Shown one piece after another: positions 9,417 to 18,300 of a DNA stretch of 64,000 nucleotides; position 1 is the first letter of the stretch, and each line of letters starts with the position of its first letter. Source of the DNA: Myxococcota bacterium (GTDB lineage Bacteria > Myxococcota_A > UBA9160 > UBA4427); NCBI GenBank assembly GCA_965250285.1, contig OZ252299.1:3744001-3808000 (forward strand), read 5' to 3'. The position numbers and the translations under genes are program-made. The notes under the pieces were generated by a model. It had not been told where the DNA came from. It worked only from the letters and a program-made list of their open reading frames with translations, and did no database searches.

Positions 9417-10940
9417 TCACACCTCGCCGGAGTAGGCCTCGCAGAGATTCCAGAGGCGCGCGCGGTCTTCGTCGGATTCACGCGTCCACGGAAGGAGGTG
9501 CGTCTTTCGCGCACGGCGATCGAAGTAGAACCGACCGCTCTCGATCGTTTCGCTGTCGCTCGCCGCGAGCCACACGACCGTATCGGCCCCCTCCGCCGGC
9601 GAGCGCAGGATCGCCTCGGTGACCCGGTGAAAGGTGGGGAGCGACGAGGCGACGGCTGGGGTGTCGGCCCAGCCCGGGTGCATCGACGTCACGGTGACGC
9701 CCTCGGCCTCGAGTCGCTCGGCCCACATCTCGGCCAGCACGACCTGCGCGCGCTTCGTCTCGGCGTAGGCGAGCACGCCGTCGTAGTCGCGCCGCGACCA
9801 ATCGGGATCGTCGAGGTTCAGCGCTCGCGTGTACATCCCCCCGGACGAGACCCAGATCAAGCGACCATCGGACGACGCCGCGAGCCGGTTCTGGAGCATC
9901 CGCGTCAGCAGGTAGGGGCCGATGCAGTGCGTCGCCCAGGTCAGCTCGATGCGTTGCGGCGACAAGACGCGCATGTCGGGCAGCACCCCGGCGTTGTGCA
10001 CCAGCACGTCGACGGGCGACTCAGCCAGCCGCTTGCCCGCTGCACGCACCGAGTCGAGATCGCTCATGTCGACCACCTCGAGATGCACCGCCGCGTTGCC
10101 GGTGCGGGCCCGAATCTCTTCGACGGCGGCGCGCCCTCGCCCCTCGCTCCGGCAGAGCAATACGACCTCGGCACCGAGATCGGCCAGCGCCTCCGCGGTC
10201 GAGCGGCCGATGCCCGAGTTGGCGCCGCTCACGAGACATCGCCGTCCGCTGAGATCGACCTCGAGGTCGTCGGGCTCGAACGTGAGCGAGTGGATGCGAT
10301 AGCCGGTGCGATCGAATGAGCCGACGATCAGCGGGTCGACGACCCGCGAGAGCGCCTCGCCGACGATGCGCTGCGCGCGTGACACCTCGATGCGCTCGTC
10401 GAGGCTGGGTGCATCGCGATCGAGCGCCGCGAGAATGTCCTCCGGGCGGGCGTGGTCACCCGCGACCTCGCTTCGATGGCTGAACGTCAGGCGCCCACCG
10501 GGTTGGATCACGAAGGCGCCGCCGAGCTGCCAGGGGTCGCCCTGGACGCCTTCCTGGCGATGCCCCGCGGCCAGCGCGCGCCCGGCATTCACGGCGAGGC
10601 GCGGTGACAGCACCTCGACGCGGCCGCGCCGCAGCCCCGCGGCGCGATAGGCGCGCAGCTCGGGGTCGACCAGGAGCGGGCCCTCGAGTGCGAAATCCTC
10701 ACGAAACGCCTCGGCGAAGGAGCGAGCGCCGTTGCCGACGATGACCAGCTCGGCGCCTTGTTTTTGGATCTCGGGAAGGGCGTCGCGCAACTGCGCGACC
10801 TGCTCGCGGCAGAACAGTCAGCCGAAGTGGCGCAAGAAGACCAGGACCGCCGGGCGGTCACGCCAGTACGAGCCCAGCGCGAAGCGGTCGCCCGCCGCGT
10901 CTTCGAGCTCGATCGGCGTGAGTTGGCGCACGATGTCCAC
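9417..10940 (-). CDS. Selenocysteine-containing AhpC/TSA (peroxiredoxin-like 2/SelL-related) redoxin fused to a DHRS12-like SDR
   Basis: GGAG-N6-GTG at 10940; codon 41 is TGA (10818-10820) in VFLRHFG*LFCRE, in frame with the 457-aa ORF; redoxin motifs LVDP..RAY and QGDPWQLGGAFVI; SDR motifs SGANSGIG, YAETK, MHPGWADT. Confidence 0.9.
10782..10817 (-). promoter_or_regulatory. Candidate bacterial SECIS element
   Basis: GTCGCGC-AGTT-GCGCGAC: perfect 7-bp stem, loop 25 nt after UGA, G at loop position 2. Confidence 0.7.
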
Positions 10941-11065
10941 GGTCGACTCCAGTCGGTGAACCAGGCAGATGCCGGCCGCGGCCCGAAGGTCACGCTCCGA
11001 CCCCCGGGCCGGCGCTGAGGATCGTCTCGAGCGCCGGGCCGCGGCGACGCGGCGAAGCAGCCGCT

Positions 11066-11239
11066 CTACGCCACGCGTCGCAGCCTTCGCGATCGCTCGC
11101 CGCGGCTGTGCTGCGCGCGGACCCGCACTTTGGCCGTCTGCGTGCGCGCCAGGTAGCGCTCACGCAGAAACACGTAGGCGCCGCCGAAGGCGATGAACGA
11201 GATCGCCACCCCGAACGTGAGGATCTGCATGTCATTCAT
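11066..11239 (-). CDS. Small single-TM protein with a basic tail
   Basis: MNDMQILTFGVAISFIAFGGAYVFLRERY; start overlaps the end of the upstream ORF. Confidence 0.6.
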   Translation of the reverse strand: MNDMQILTFGVAISFIAFGGAYVFLRERYLARTQTAKVRVRAQHSRGERSRRLRRVA

Positions 11240-11468
11240 GGTCATGACTCCCGATGAGCAGGTTGGCGGCCGAGAGGATCGACGGGACCCAGAGTCCGAC
11301 GAAGATCCCCTCCTCGCGCTGACCAGCGAAGAAGAGGTAGACGGAGGCGGCGAGCGACAGGCCCGCAGCAAGAAAGAAGAGCGCCTTTGGCGTGGTGACC
11401 CCGAGCGCCGAATCGATCGCGGCATCCTCACGGTCTTCGCGCCGGACGTGCTGCACCTTCACCTCCAT
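11232..11468 (-). CDS. Small membrane protein
   Basis: GGAGG RBS; two hydrophobic segments, GIFVGLWVPSIL motif. Confidence 0.7.
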   Translation of the reverse strand: MEVKVQHVRREDREDAAIDSALGVTTPKALFFLAAGLSLAASVYLFFAGQREEGIFVGLWVPSILSAANLLIGSHDHE

Positions 11469-11574
11469 GACTGACCTCCGCGCTGATCCGGGCGATGAGG
11501 ACCCGGCCTGGGCCACGCAGCGCGGTCTCTCGCCGCTTCGCGTCTCCCAATGGCTTCTCAGATGCACCCTCTGA

Positions 11575-11635
11575 TCATGAAGTATCGTTTTTGTTTAATA
11601 TTACTTGTTCAAAATTGATATTCGGGGCATGTTCT
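11575..11635. promoter_or_regulatory. AT-rich divergent promoter region
   Basis: Sharp AT-rich patch (TTTTTGTTTAATATTACTTGTTCAAAATTGATATT) between divergent small genes. Confidence 0.55.
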
Positions 11636-11653
11636 CCGTGGGAGCACGCCACG

Positions 11654-11827
11654 ATGAGTGAGGCGAACGAGACCAATCGGCGGGAATGGGCGGCGCGAGC
11701 GTTGGGGGTTGCGGTGGGCCTTTTCGCCGCGGCCGTCGCCTGGTCGACCCTTCGCTGGCCAGCCCCTGCGATCGCGTTCGCGCTGGGCTTCGGGGCCTAT
11801 CTCGCGGCGAGCCCGAAGGAACACTGA
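11654..11827 (+). CDS. Small two-TM protein
   Basis: GGAG RBS, 57 aa, two hydrophobic helices. Confidence 0.55.
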   Translation: MSEANETNRREWAARALGVAVGLFAAAVAWSTLRWPAPAIAFALGFGAYLAASPKEH

Positions 11828-11884
11828 GCGTCGCGGCCAGGTGATCCGCGCGCGCTGGTCGGCGATCCGCCATTCGGCGTAGGC

Positions 11885-13369
11885 TCAGACCTGGCCGCGC
11901 GTGAGCCCGCGCAACAATCGATCAGCCGTCTCGAGCGTCTCAGCCCGGTCCGCCAACCTGTCGAGGCTTCGAACGGCCATCGACGTACGGGGGTAGCGAC
12001 TCAACCGGTCGCGATGTCGGTCGACGAAGCGCCAGTAGAGCGCCGTCAGCGGGCACGCCGCGTCGCCGACGCGCCGCTTCGGATCGTACGCGCAGTCGCC
12101 GCAGTGATCGCTCATGCGGTTCATGTACGCGCCACCCGCCGCATACGGCTTGGACGCCATCTGTCCGCCGTCGGCGTGGAGCCCCATGCCGATCACGTTC
12201 GGCACCATCACCCACTCGGCCGCGTCGACGAAGCTGCGCTCCATCCACGCGAGCAGATCCAGCGGACGCACGTCGGCCAGAAGCCCGAGATTCGCGAGCA
12301 CCATCAAGCGCTCGATGTGATGCGCCCAGCCCCGCTCATGCACGTTGCCGACGGCGGCGCGCACGCAGGCCATCGATGTTCGAGCCGGATCTTCGAAGCT
12401 CGGCAGCAGCTTGCGCCGCGCACCCAGTGCGTTGAGGCTTCGGTAGTCGGGCATCCAGAGCCAGTAGACGCCCCAGACGTACTCACGCCAGCCCGCGATC
12501 TGACGAACGAAGCCCTCGGCGGATGCGATCGGGACGCGCCCTTCGCGGTAGGCGCGCTCGGCCGCCTCACAGACCTCTGCGGGATGCAGCAGCCCGATGT
12601 TGAGCGCCGGGCTCAGGAGCGCGTGGGCCAGATGCCACGACCGCGTCGTCATCGCATCCTGATGCGGGCCGAACTGCGGCAGGCAGTCGTCGACGAAGTG
12701 ACGCAGTCGCTTGAGCGCCGCGCGGCGCGAAGTGGGCCACCAGCCTTCGGGATCGGCTCCAAAGCCTGCTTGCCCGATCTCATCGAGCACCTCGCGATCG
12801 ATCGCGTCGAGCTGTGAGCGTACAGGCGCCGGCCAGACGCCCTCCTTCGGCGGGGGCTTTCGGTTCTCGGGGTCGAAGTTCCAGCGCCCGCCCGCCGGCT
12901 CGTCGCCATCCATCAAGTACCCGAGTCGGGCGCGCTGCCAGCGGTAGAAGTTCTCCATGCGCAGCGCGCCGCGGTCGTTGGCCCAGGCGCGAAATGCGTC
13001 GGGATGACACAGGAACTGGTCGTTGGCCACGAGCTCGACGCCCCAGTGCTCGAGCCGTTCGGCCGCGCCGAAGCGGCTCGGCTCCATCGCGACCACGCGC
13101 TCGGGAGCGTGCTGCGCCACATGCGCTTCGAAGCCGACGCGCATGCTGGTCGCCTTGCGATAGTCGACTTCGAAGCCCGCCCCTTCGAGCTCCGAAGCGA
13201 ATCGGCGCATCGCAGTCATGTAGAGATGAAGTCTCTGACGGTGCCAACGGTGGGCGCGAAGGCGGGCCTCGCTCTCGACGAGCAGCACGCGTGTATCGGC
13301 CGGGGTGCAATCGCGCAGCGAGGCGATCTGGCGGTTCAGCTGATCTCCCAGGATCCAGACGGTCTGCAT
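11885..13369 (-). CDS. Fe-S bacterial cryptochrome/(6-4) photolyase family protein (FeS-BCP/CryPro)
   Basis: WILGDQL, RMENFYR, GGRWNFD..NR, EGFVRQIAGWREY, HHIERLMV, SKPYAAGGAYMNRMSDHCGDC, ACP (Fe-S cysteines). Confidence 0.95.
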   Translation of the reverse strand: MQTVWILGDQLNRQIASLRDCTPADTRVLLVESEARLRAHRWHRQRLHLYMTAMRRFASELEGAGFEVDYRKATSMRVGFEAHVAQHAPERVVAMEPSRFGAAERLEHWGVELVANDQFLCHPDAFRAWANDRGALRMENFYRWQRARLGYLMDGDEPAGGRWNFDPENRKPPPKEGVWPAPVRSQLDAIDREVLDEIGQAGFGADPEGWWPTSRRAALKRLRHFVDDCLPQFGPHQDAMTTRSWHLAHALLSPALNIGLLHPAEVCEAAERAYREGRVPIASAEGFVRQIAGWREYVWGVYWLWMPDYRSLNALGARRKLLPSFEDPARTSMACVRAAVGNVHERGWAHHIERLMVLANLGLLADVRPLDLLAWMERSFVDAAEWVMVPNVIGMGLHADGGQMASKPYAAGGAYMNRMSDHCGDCAYDPKRRVGDAACPLTALYWRFVDRHRDRLSRYPRTSMAVRSLDRLADRAETLETADRLLRGLTRGQV

Positions 13370-13438
13370 GGTTGCGGCCCCTCGTTGAAGTCGTTCGAGC
13401 GCACGCACGCCCGATCCGGAGCCGCGGCTCGCCCCGCT

Positions 13439-14215
13439 TCAGCGCTCGTCGGCGTCCCGCGACAGCTTGAGCTGCCCGAGCGCCTTGCGACGCAGGTAGG
13501 CGTACTGCTCGAGCAGCGGCAGCCCTTTCGGACAGACGTCGTGACAGCCCATCAGCCCCACGCAGCCGAACACACCCTGGTCGCTCGCGACGACGTCGAA
13601 CCAGTCGTCCTCGTCTCGGGCGTCCCGGGGATCGCGCATGAATCGCGCAATCCGATTCAGGCCGGCCGCTCCGACGAAGTCGTCGCGCACGTTCGCAACC
13701 CCGCAGCCGGCGATGCAGCAGCCGCACTCGATGCAGCGCTCACCCTCGTAGATCGCCTGGGCCAGCTCATCGTCCATTCGTTCTTCGACGGCCTCGGGAT
13801 CGAACGGCGCCTTCTCGTGCACCCAGGCACCGACGCGCTCGGCCATGTTTCGAAACCACGTGCCGGTATCCACCGAGAGATCGCCGACCATCTTGAAGAC
13901 AGGCAGCGGCTGCAGCCGAATCGTGTCGGGCAGGTCGCGGGTGAGCGTCTTGCAGGCGAGCGCCGGCCGACCGTTCACGACCATTCCGCACGAGCCACAG
14001 ATGGCCGACCGGCACGCAAAGTCGAACTGCAGGCTCGGGTCGAGTTCTTCACGGATCTCGTTGAGCGCCGTGTACAGGGTCATGTACGGCTTCTCGACCA
14101 GCTCGAACGTGTCGAAGCGCGGCTTCGAGTCGGGGGCTTCCGGGTTCAGTCGGAAGACTTCGAACACGAGGGTGCGGCCGACGTCGATCGAGACTTCTTG
14201 CACGATCATGGACAT
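13439..14215 (-). CDS. frdB: Fumarate reductase Fe-S subunit
   Basis: CRSAICGSC..LAC, CIECGCCIAGC, CVGLMGCHDVCPK; RBS AGGAG. Confidence 0.93.
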   Translation of the reverse strand: MSMIVQEVSIDVGRTLVFEVFRLNPEAPDSKPRFDTFELVEKPYMTLYTALNEIREELDPSLQFDFACRSAICGSCGMVVNGRPALACKTLTRDLPDTIRLQPLPVFKMVGDLSVDTGTWFRNMAERVGAWVHEKAPFDPEAVEERMDDELAQAIYEGERCIECGCCIAGCGVANVRDDFVGAAGLNRIARFMRDPRDARDEDDWFDVVASDQGVFGCVGLMGCHDVCPKGLPLLEQYAYLRRKALGQLKLSRDADER

Positions 14216-14232
14216 TCGATCACTCCTGCACG

Positions 14233-16200
14233 CTACTCGCTGCGCTGCGGCGGCGACGTGTGATCCGCCGAGTCTTGCCAGCGCCCCCACCGCATCCGGC
14301 TGCCCAGCGGTTCGGAAGGGTCAGGTGCACCGCCGGCGCCCCAGGCAGCGCCGACGGCGCGGTTGTAGTCCTCGATCGAGGACTCCATCCCGACGGTGAG
14401 ACTCTTGCCGTAGCCCCGGTCGCCCGGCGGCAGATCGATCAAGCCCACCGGCTCGTACGAGAGGCGGGCCGCGCCTTCGTCGTGGGACCAGTGGGCGAGT
14501 GTGCGGTTGAGCCAGCGATCGTCGTCCCGTGCCGGATGGTCGGTTCGGTAGTGGGCACCGCGGCACTCCGTACGAGCGAGGGCGCCCTGCGCGGTGATCA
14601 GCGCGAGGCGCGCCATGCCCTCGAGGCGCAGCGCGAACGTGAGCTCGGGGTTCGCGCCGGGCGCCTTCGAACGCAGGGCCGCACGGCCGACCAGCGCGAG
14701 CTGCCCTTCGATCTCCTTCGTCGCCTGCTCGAGCTCTTCACCGTTGCGAAAGACGCCGACCTTGTGATTGAGCGTCTCGGCGATCGCGTCGCGAATCGCG
14801 TACACGGTCGGGCCATCGGCGGATCGCTCGAGCCAATCCACGAGCCGGCGGTCGACGTCGTGGTGGAACGCATGCGCGACGGCCGTGTCGAGGGCGAGCG
14901 ACGTCTGCGACGCGAACTCGGCCACGTGGCGCCCGACGAAGCGTCCGGCGACCACCGTCTCGGCGAGGCTGTTGCCGCCGAGCCGATTGAAGCCGTGCAG
15001 ATCCCAGCAGGCCGCCTCACCGACGGCGAAGAGACCGCGCAGGCCGTAGGCCTCGCCGTGCTTGTTGACGCGCACACCGCCCATCGAATAGTGCTGGATC
15101 GGCCGCACCGGGATCGGCTCGCGCGCCGGATCGAGGCCGTTGAAGTCGCGACAGATGTCCCAGACCTCGCGCAGCTTCGTTCGCAGATGCTGCTCACCGA
15201 GATGTCGAAGATCGAGCCACAGGTGCTGGCCCGCGTCGCTCTCGACGCCACGCCCATCCTTGATCTCGGCCATCATGTGGCGCGAAACGACGTCGCGGCT
15301 CGCCAGCTCCTGCTTCTCGGGCTCGGCACGCACCATGAAGCGCTCGCCCTGGGTGTTGAGCAGATACCCCCCGTCCCCGCGACAGCCTTCGGTCACGAGA
15401 ATGCCGCTCGGGACGAGCCCGGTCGGGTGAAACTGCACAGCCTCCATGTTGCCGAGCGGAACGACACCGGTATCGAGCGCGAGCGAGGCGCCAGTGCCCT
15501 CGTTGATCGTTGCGTTGGTCGTGTAGCGACCGTAGATGCGGCCGTGGCCCCCGGTCGCGACGACTGTCGCCTTGGCGACGAAGGAGGTCAGCGCGCCGGT
15601 GCGCAGGCATCGGGTCACGGCGCCCCAGCAGCGGCCAGCGTCGTGGATCAGCGAGAGCGCCTCGATGCGATCGATCACGCGAATGCCGAGGCGCACGACC
15701 TCGCCATCGACGGCGTACAGAACGGCGTGGCCCGTGCCCGCCGACGCGTAGCAGGCGCGCCACTTCGCGGTCCCGCCGAAGTTGCGGTGCATGATCAGGC
15801 CGGCCTTCTCGTCGGGCTCGTCGATCTCGACCTTCTGCCCCTTGACGAAGTAGGTGTTTCGGCCGGGGCGCACGCGCGTCCAGGGCACGCCCCAATGCGC
15901 GAGCTCGCGCACGGCGACGGGCGCCTCTTCACTGAAGATCCAGGCGACCTCCTGGTCGGCGCCCCAGTCGGATCCACGCACGGTGTCGAGGAAGTGCAGC
16001 GTCGGGTCGTCGCCCTCGGCCTTCACGCAGTTGCCGAGTGCCGCCTGCATCCCGCCTTGGGCGGCGCAGCTGTGGCTGCGGCGCGGCGGCACGAGTGAGA
16101 GCAGCGTGACGTCGTGCCCCGCGACTGCGGCCTCGATGGCGCAACGTTCACCGGCCAGCCCGCCGCCGATCACGAGGACGTCGGTCGATCGCAGGTCCAT
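14233..16200 (-). CDS. frdA: Fumarate reductase flavoprotein subunit
   Basis: GGGLAG, RSHSCAAQGG (covalent FAD His), QFHPT, TEGCRG, HYSMGG, HGFNRLGGNSL. Confidence 0.95.
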   Translation of the reverse strand: MDLRSTDVLVIGGGLAGERCAIEAAVAGHDVTLLSLVPPRRSHSCAAQGGMQAALGNCVKAEGDDPTLHFLDTVRGSDWGADQEVAWIFSEEAPVAVRELAHWGVPWTRVRPGRNTYFVKGQKVEIDEPDEKAGLIMHRNFGGTAKWRACYASAGTGHAVLYAVDGEVVRLGIRVIDRIEALSLIHDAGRCWGAVTRCLRTGALTSFVAKATVVATGGHGRIYGRYTTNATINEGTGASLALDTGVVPLGNMEAVQFHPTGLVPSGILVTEGCRGDGGYLLNTQGERFMVRAEPEKQELASRDVVSRHMMAEIKDGRGVESDAGQHLWLDLRHLGEQHLRTKLREVWDICRDFNGLDPAREPIPVRPIQHYSMGGVRVNKHGEAYGLRGLFAVGEAACWDLHGFNRLGGNSLAETVVAGRFVGRHVAEFASQTSLALDTAVAHAFHHDVDRRLVDWLERSADGPTVYAIRDAIAETLNHKVGVFRNGEELEQATKEIEGQLALVGRAALRSKAPGANPELTFALRLEGMARLALITAQGALARTECRGAHYRTDHPARDDDRWLNRTLAHWSHDEGAARLSYEPVGLIDLPPGDRGYGKSLTVGMESSIEDYNRAVGAAWGAGGAPDPSEPLGSRMRWGRWQDSADHTSPPQRSE

Positions 16201-16205
16201 CGCAG

Positions 16206-16997
16206 CTACCCCTTCAGCAGGAAGGCGAGCGGCGGATCGGCCCACCCGGCCAGCACGACGAGCGTGACGGCGCCGAGGCCGAGAAAGCCGACGAGCAGCA
16301 CGCGCTCGATTCGGAGCAGGGTGCGACGACCCAGCCGGGCCCCGATGCCCCACTTCACGGCAAAGCGATAGAGCCCGACGCTCGCATGGAATTCGACGCA
16401 GAGCAGAAGTACGGCGTAGACGACCCAGAGCCCTGCCCCCACCCGGGCCTGCGACGTCGCCGCCTCGATCCCCGTGCGCTCGCCGAACAGCGGCGTCAGC
16501 ACGTCGACGGCGACCAGCACCAGATGGAAGCTGCCCAACACGAGCAGCGTCATGCCCGTCCAGACCTGCCAGAGCCAGAGAGACGACTCGACATGCGGCG
16601 TGTAGCCCGTGCCGCGTGCCTTCAGCTCGTCGCCGAGAGCGCGCAGCCGCCTTCGCTCGCGAATCTGGGCGGGGATCTTGCGGCTCGCGAGGGCGGCGTG
16701 CGTGAGAAAGAGCGCCGAGATCGCAAACACGGTTGGCTGCGCGATGTAGACGTGCTCGAGCCCCGACGCGAGCCAGTCGAAGCCGCGCGCGCCCGTGAGG
16801 ATCGAGCCCACCAGCACCATGTGGCCCCACATGAAGAAGGCCAGTCCCACCCCCGAGAGGCCACTGGCCAGCTCGTACACGAGCTGGCGCTGGGCCTCCC
16901 GGCGGAGAGACGTTGCCCCCGCCCGCCGCTGCCAGGGGAGAGGGGATGCGCGGCGGGCGGGGGGTGAAGTGCGGTCCTGGGGGGTGGCAGCTGCCAT
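16206..16997 (-). CDS. frdC: Fumarate reductase di-heme cytochrome b subunit (Wolinella/Desulfovibrio type)
   Basis: About 5 TM; FMWGHM, HAALASRKIP, WLWQVWTG..FHL, VEFHASVGLYRFAVKWG. Confidence 0.9.
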   Translation of the reverse strand: MAAATPQDRTSPPARRASPLPWQRRAGATSLRREAQRQLVYELASGLSGVGLAFFMWGHMVLVGSILTGARGFDWLASGLEHVYIAQPTVFAISALFLTHAALASRKIPAQIRERRRLRALGDELKARGTGYTPHVESSLWLWQVWTGMTLLVLGSFHLVLVAVDVLTPLFGERTGIEAATSQARVGAGLWVVYAVLLLCVEFHASVGLYRFAVKWGIGARLGRRTLLRIERVLLVGFLGLGAVTLVVLAGWADPPLAFLLKG

Positions 16998-17026
16998 GAC
17001 TGGAACGTATGGCACCCGCATCCCAA

Positions 17027-17079
17027 TGTAAACTCTTTGAATACATTTTATTTGACAAAGAGTGTTCTTTCGATAGCTT
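17027..17079. promoter_or_regulatory. AT-rich divergent control region with an inverted repeat and a sigma70-like promoter
   Basis: ACTCTTTG-N16-CAAAGAGT (17032-17063); TTGACA (17052) -N16- TAGCTT (17074). Confidence 0.65.
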
Positions 17080-17237
17080 CCCGTTCGTCGAGATATAGGA
17101 CCGCGCGGCTCACCGGCCCGTCGGCTCGCGCACAAATCCTCGAACCGGGCAGGAACAGCGATCGTGTCCACGTTCTAGTCGGCAAAAGATGTACCGTCGG
17201 CGAACCCGTCGACGCGAGAAAGAGGAGGTCGACGGCG

Positions 17238-18272
17238 ATGACCCCGCAGCCCCAGGGACCGTCCAATGGAGGGGGAGCACACGTGGCCCAGCAGGATCCC
17301 GATCAGTCGCTGTATCGCGTCGGCACGGCGGCGCAGCTGAGCGGCGTGCCGCCGGCCACCATCCGTGCCTGGGAGCGGCGGTACGGTGCCGTCGACCCGA
17401 AGCGATCCGAGACCGGGCGGCGACTCTACGACGATGAAGACGTCGCGCGGCTGCAGTTGATGAAGGCGCTGACGGATGTCGGCGATCCGATCAGTGCGAT
17501 CGCCAACCTCGATTATGCCGAGCTCCGCGATCGACTCGATCGCCACGCTGCCCGGCCCCAGCCCATCGACGGCGATTCGACGATGGCGACGCGGGTTGCC
17601 CTACTCGACCCCGAGATCGAGGAGCAGATCCGCGCGAACCCCGGCGACTTCTCGCCGCTCGAGGTCGCCGGGGCGGATGGCTCGATCGACTCGTTCATCG
17701 AGCGGCTGCCGGGCATGCAGGCCGACGCGCTCGTCATGCACATCGACCGACTCGGCCCCGACCCGGTGACCGCCGTCGATCAGGCGCTCAAGGCGGCCGG
17801 CGCGAACGTGGCGGTCGTCCTCTACCACTTTGCCGCTGCGCCCACCCTGCGGCGACTCGCCGATCGAGGCGTGCGGCTGCTCATGCTGCCGACGCGCGTC
17901 TCGTCGCTTCGACGCACGATCCGCGACTTCATCGACATCCGCCGGGCGACGGCGGTCCGCGACGCCCTCATCGCGATCGAGTCGCGCGCACCGGATGACC
18001 GCGCGTCGGCGGCCGCCGAGCGACGCTTCACCGATGCCCAGCTGGCCCGGCTGCAAGAGATCACCAGCTCGGTGGAGTGCGAGTGTCCGAGCAACCTGTC
18101 GGGTGTGATCAAGAGCCTGGTCGCGTTCGAGCGCTACAGCAGCCAGTGCGTGAGCGACAGCCCCCGAGACGCCGAGCTGCACCGGGCGCTCGAACGCGGC
18201 ACCGGCCACGCCCGCGCGCTCATGGAAGAGCTGCTCATGCGCGTCTGCGAGCACGACGGGCTGACGATCTGA
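17238..18272 (+). CDS. MerR-family regulator with a CarH/LitR-like HTH and a Cys/His C-terminal domain
   Basis: YRVGTAAQLSGV..TIRAWERRY..R.Y; C-terminal ECECP...FERYSSQC..DAELH; GGAGG RBS. Confidence 0.9.
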   Translation: MTPQPQGPSNGGGAHVAQQDPDQSLYRVGTAAQLSGVPPATIRAWERRYGAVDPKRSETGRRLYDDEDVARLQLMKALTDVGDPISAIANLDYAELRDRLDRHAARPQPIDGDSTMATRVALLDPEIEEQIRANPGDFSPLEVAGADGSIDSFIERLPGMQADALVMHIDRLGPDPVTAVDQALKAAGANVAVVLYHFAAAPTLRRLADRGVRLLMLPTRVSSLRRTIRDFIDIRRATAVRDALIAIESRAPDDRASAAAERRFTDAQLARLQEITSSVECECPSNLSGVIKSLVAFERYSSQCVSDSPRDAELHRALERGTGHARALMEELLMRVCEHDGLTI

Positions 18273-18300
18273 CCCCCGCGCTGCCTGCGAGCCCCCTGCC

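Noticed and set aside
14233..17058. 941-aa ORF (and likewise 55675-58338) suggesting an extended flavoprotein
   Set aside because: The extensions are out-of-frame overlaps of frdC and sdhC; homology begins at 16200 and 56422
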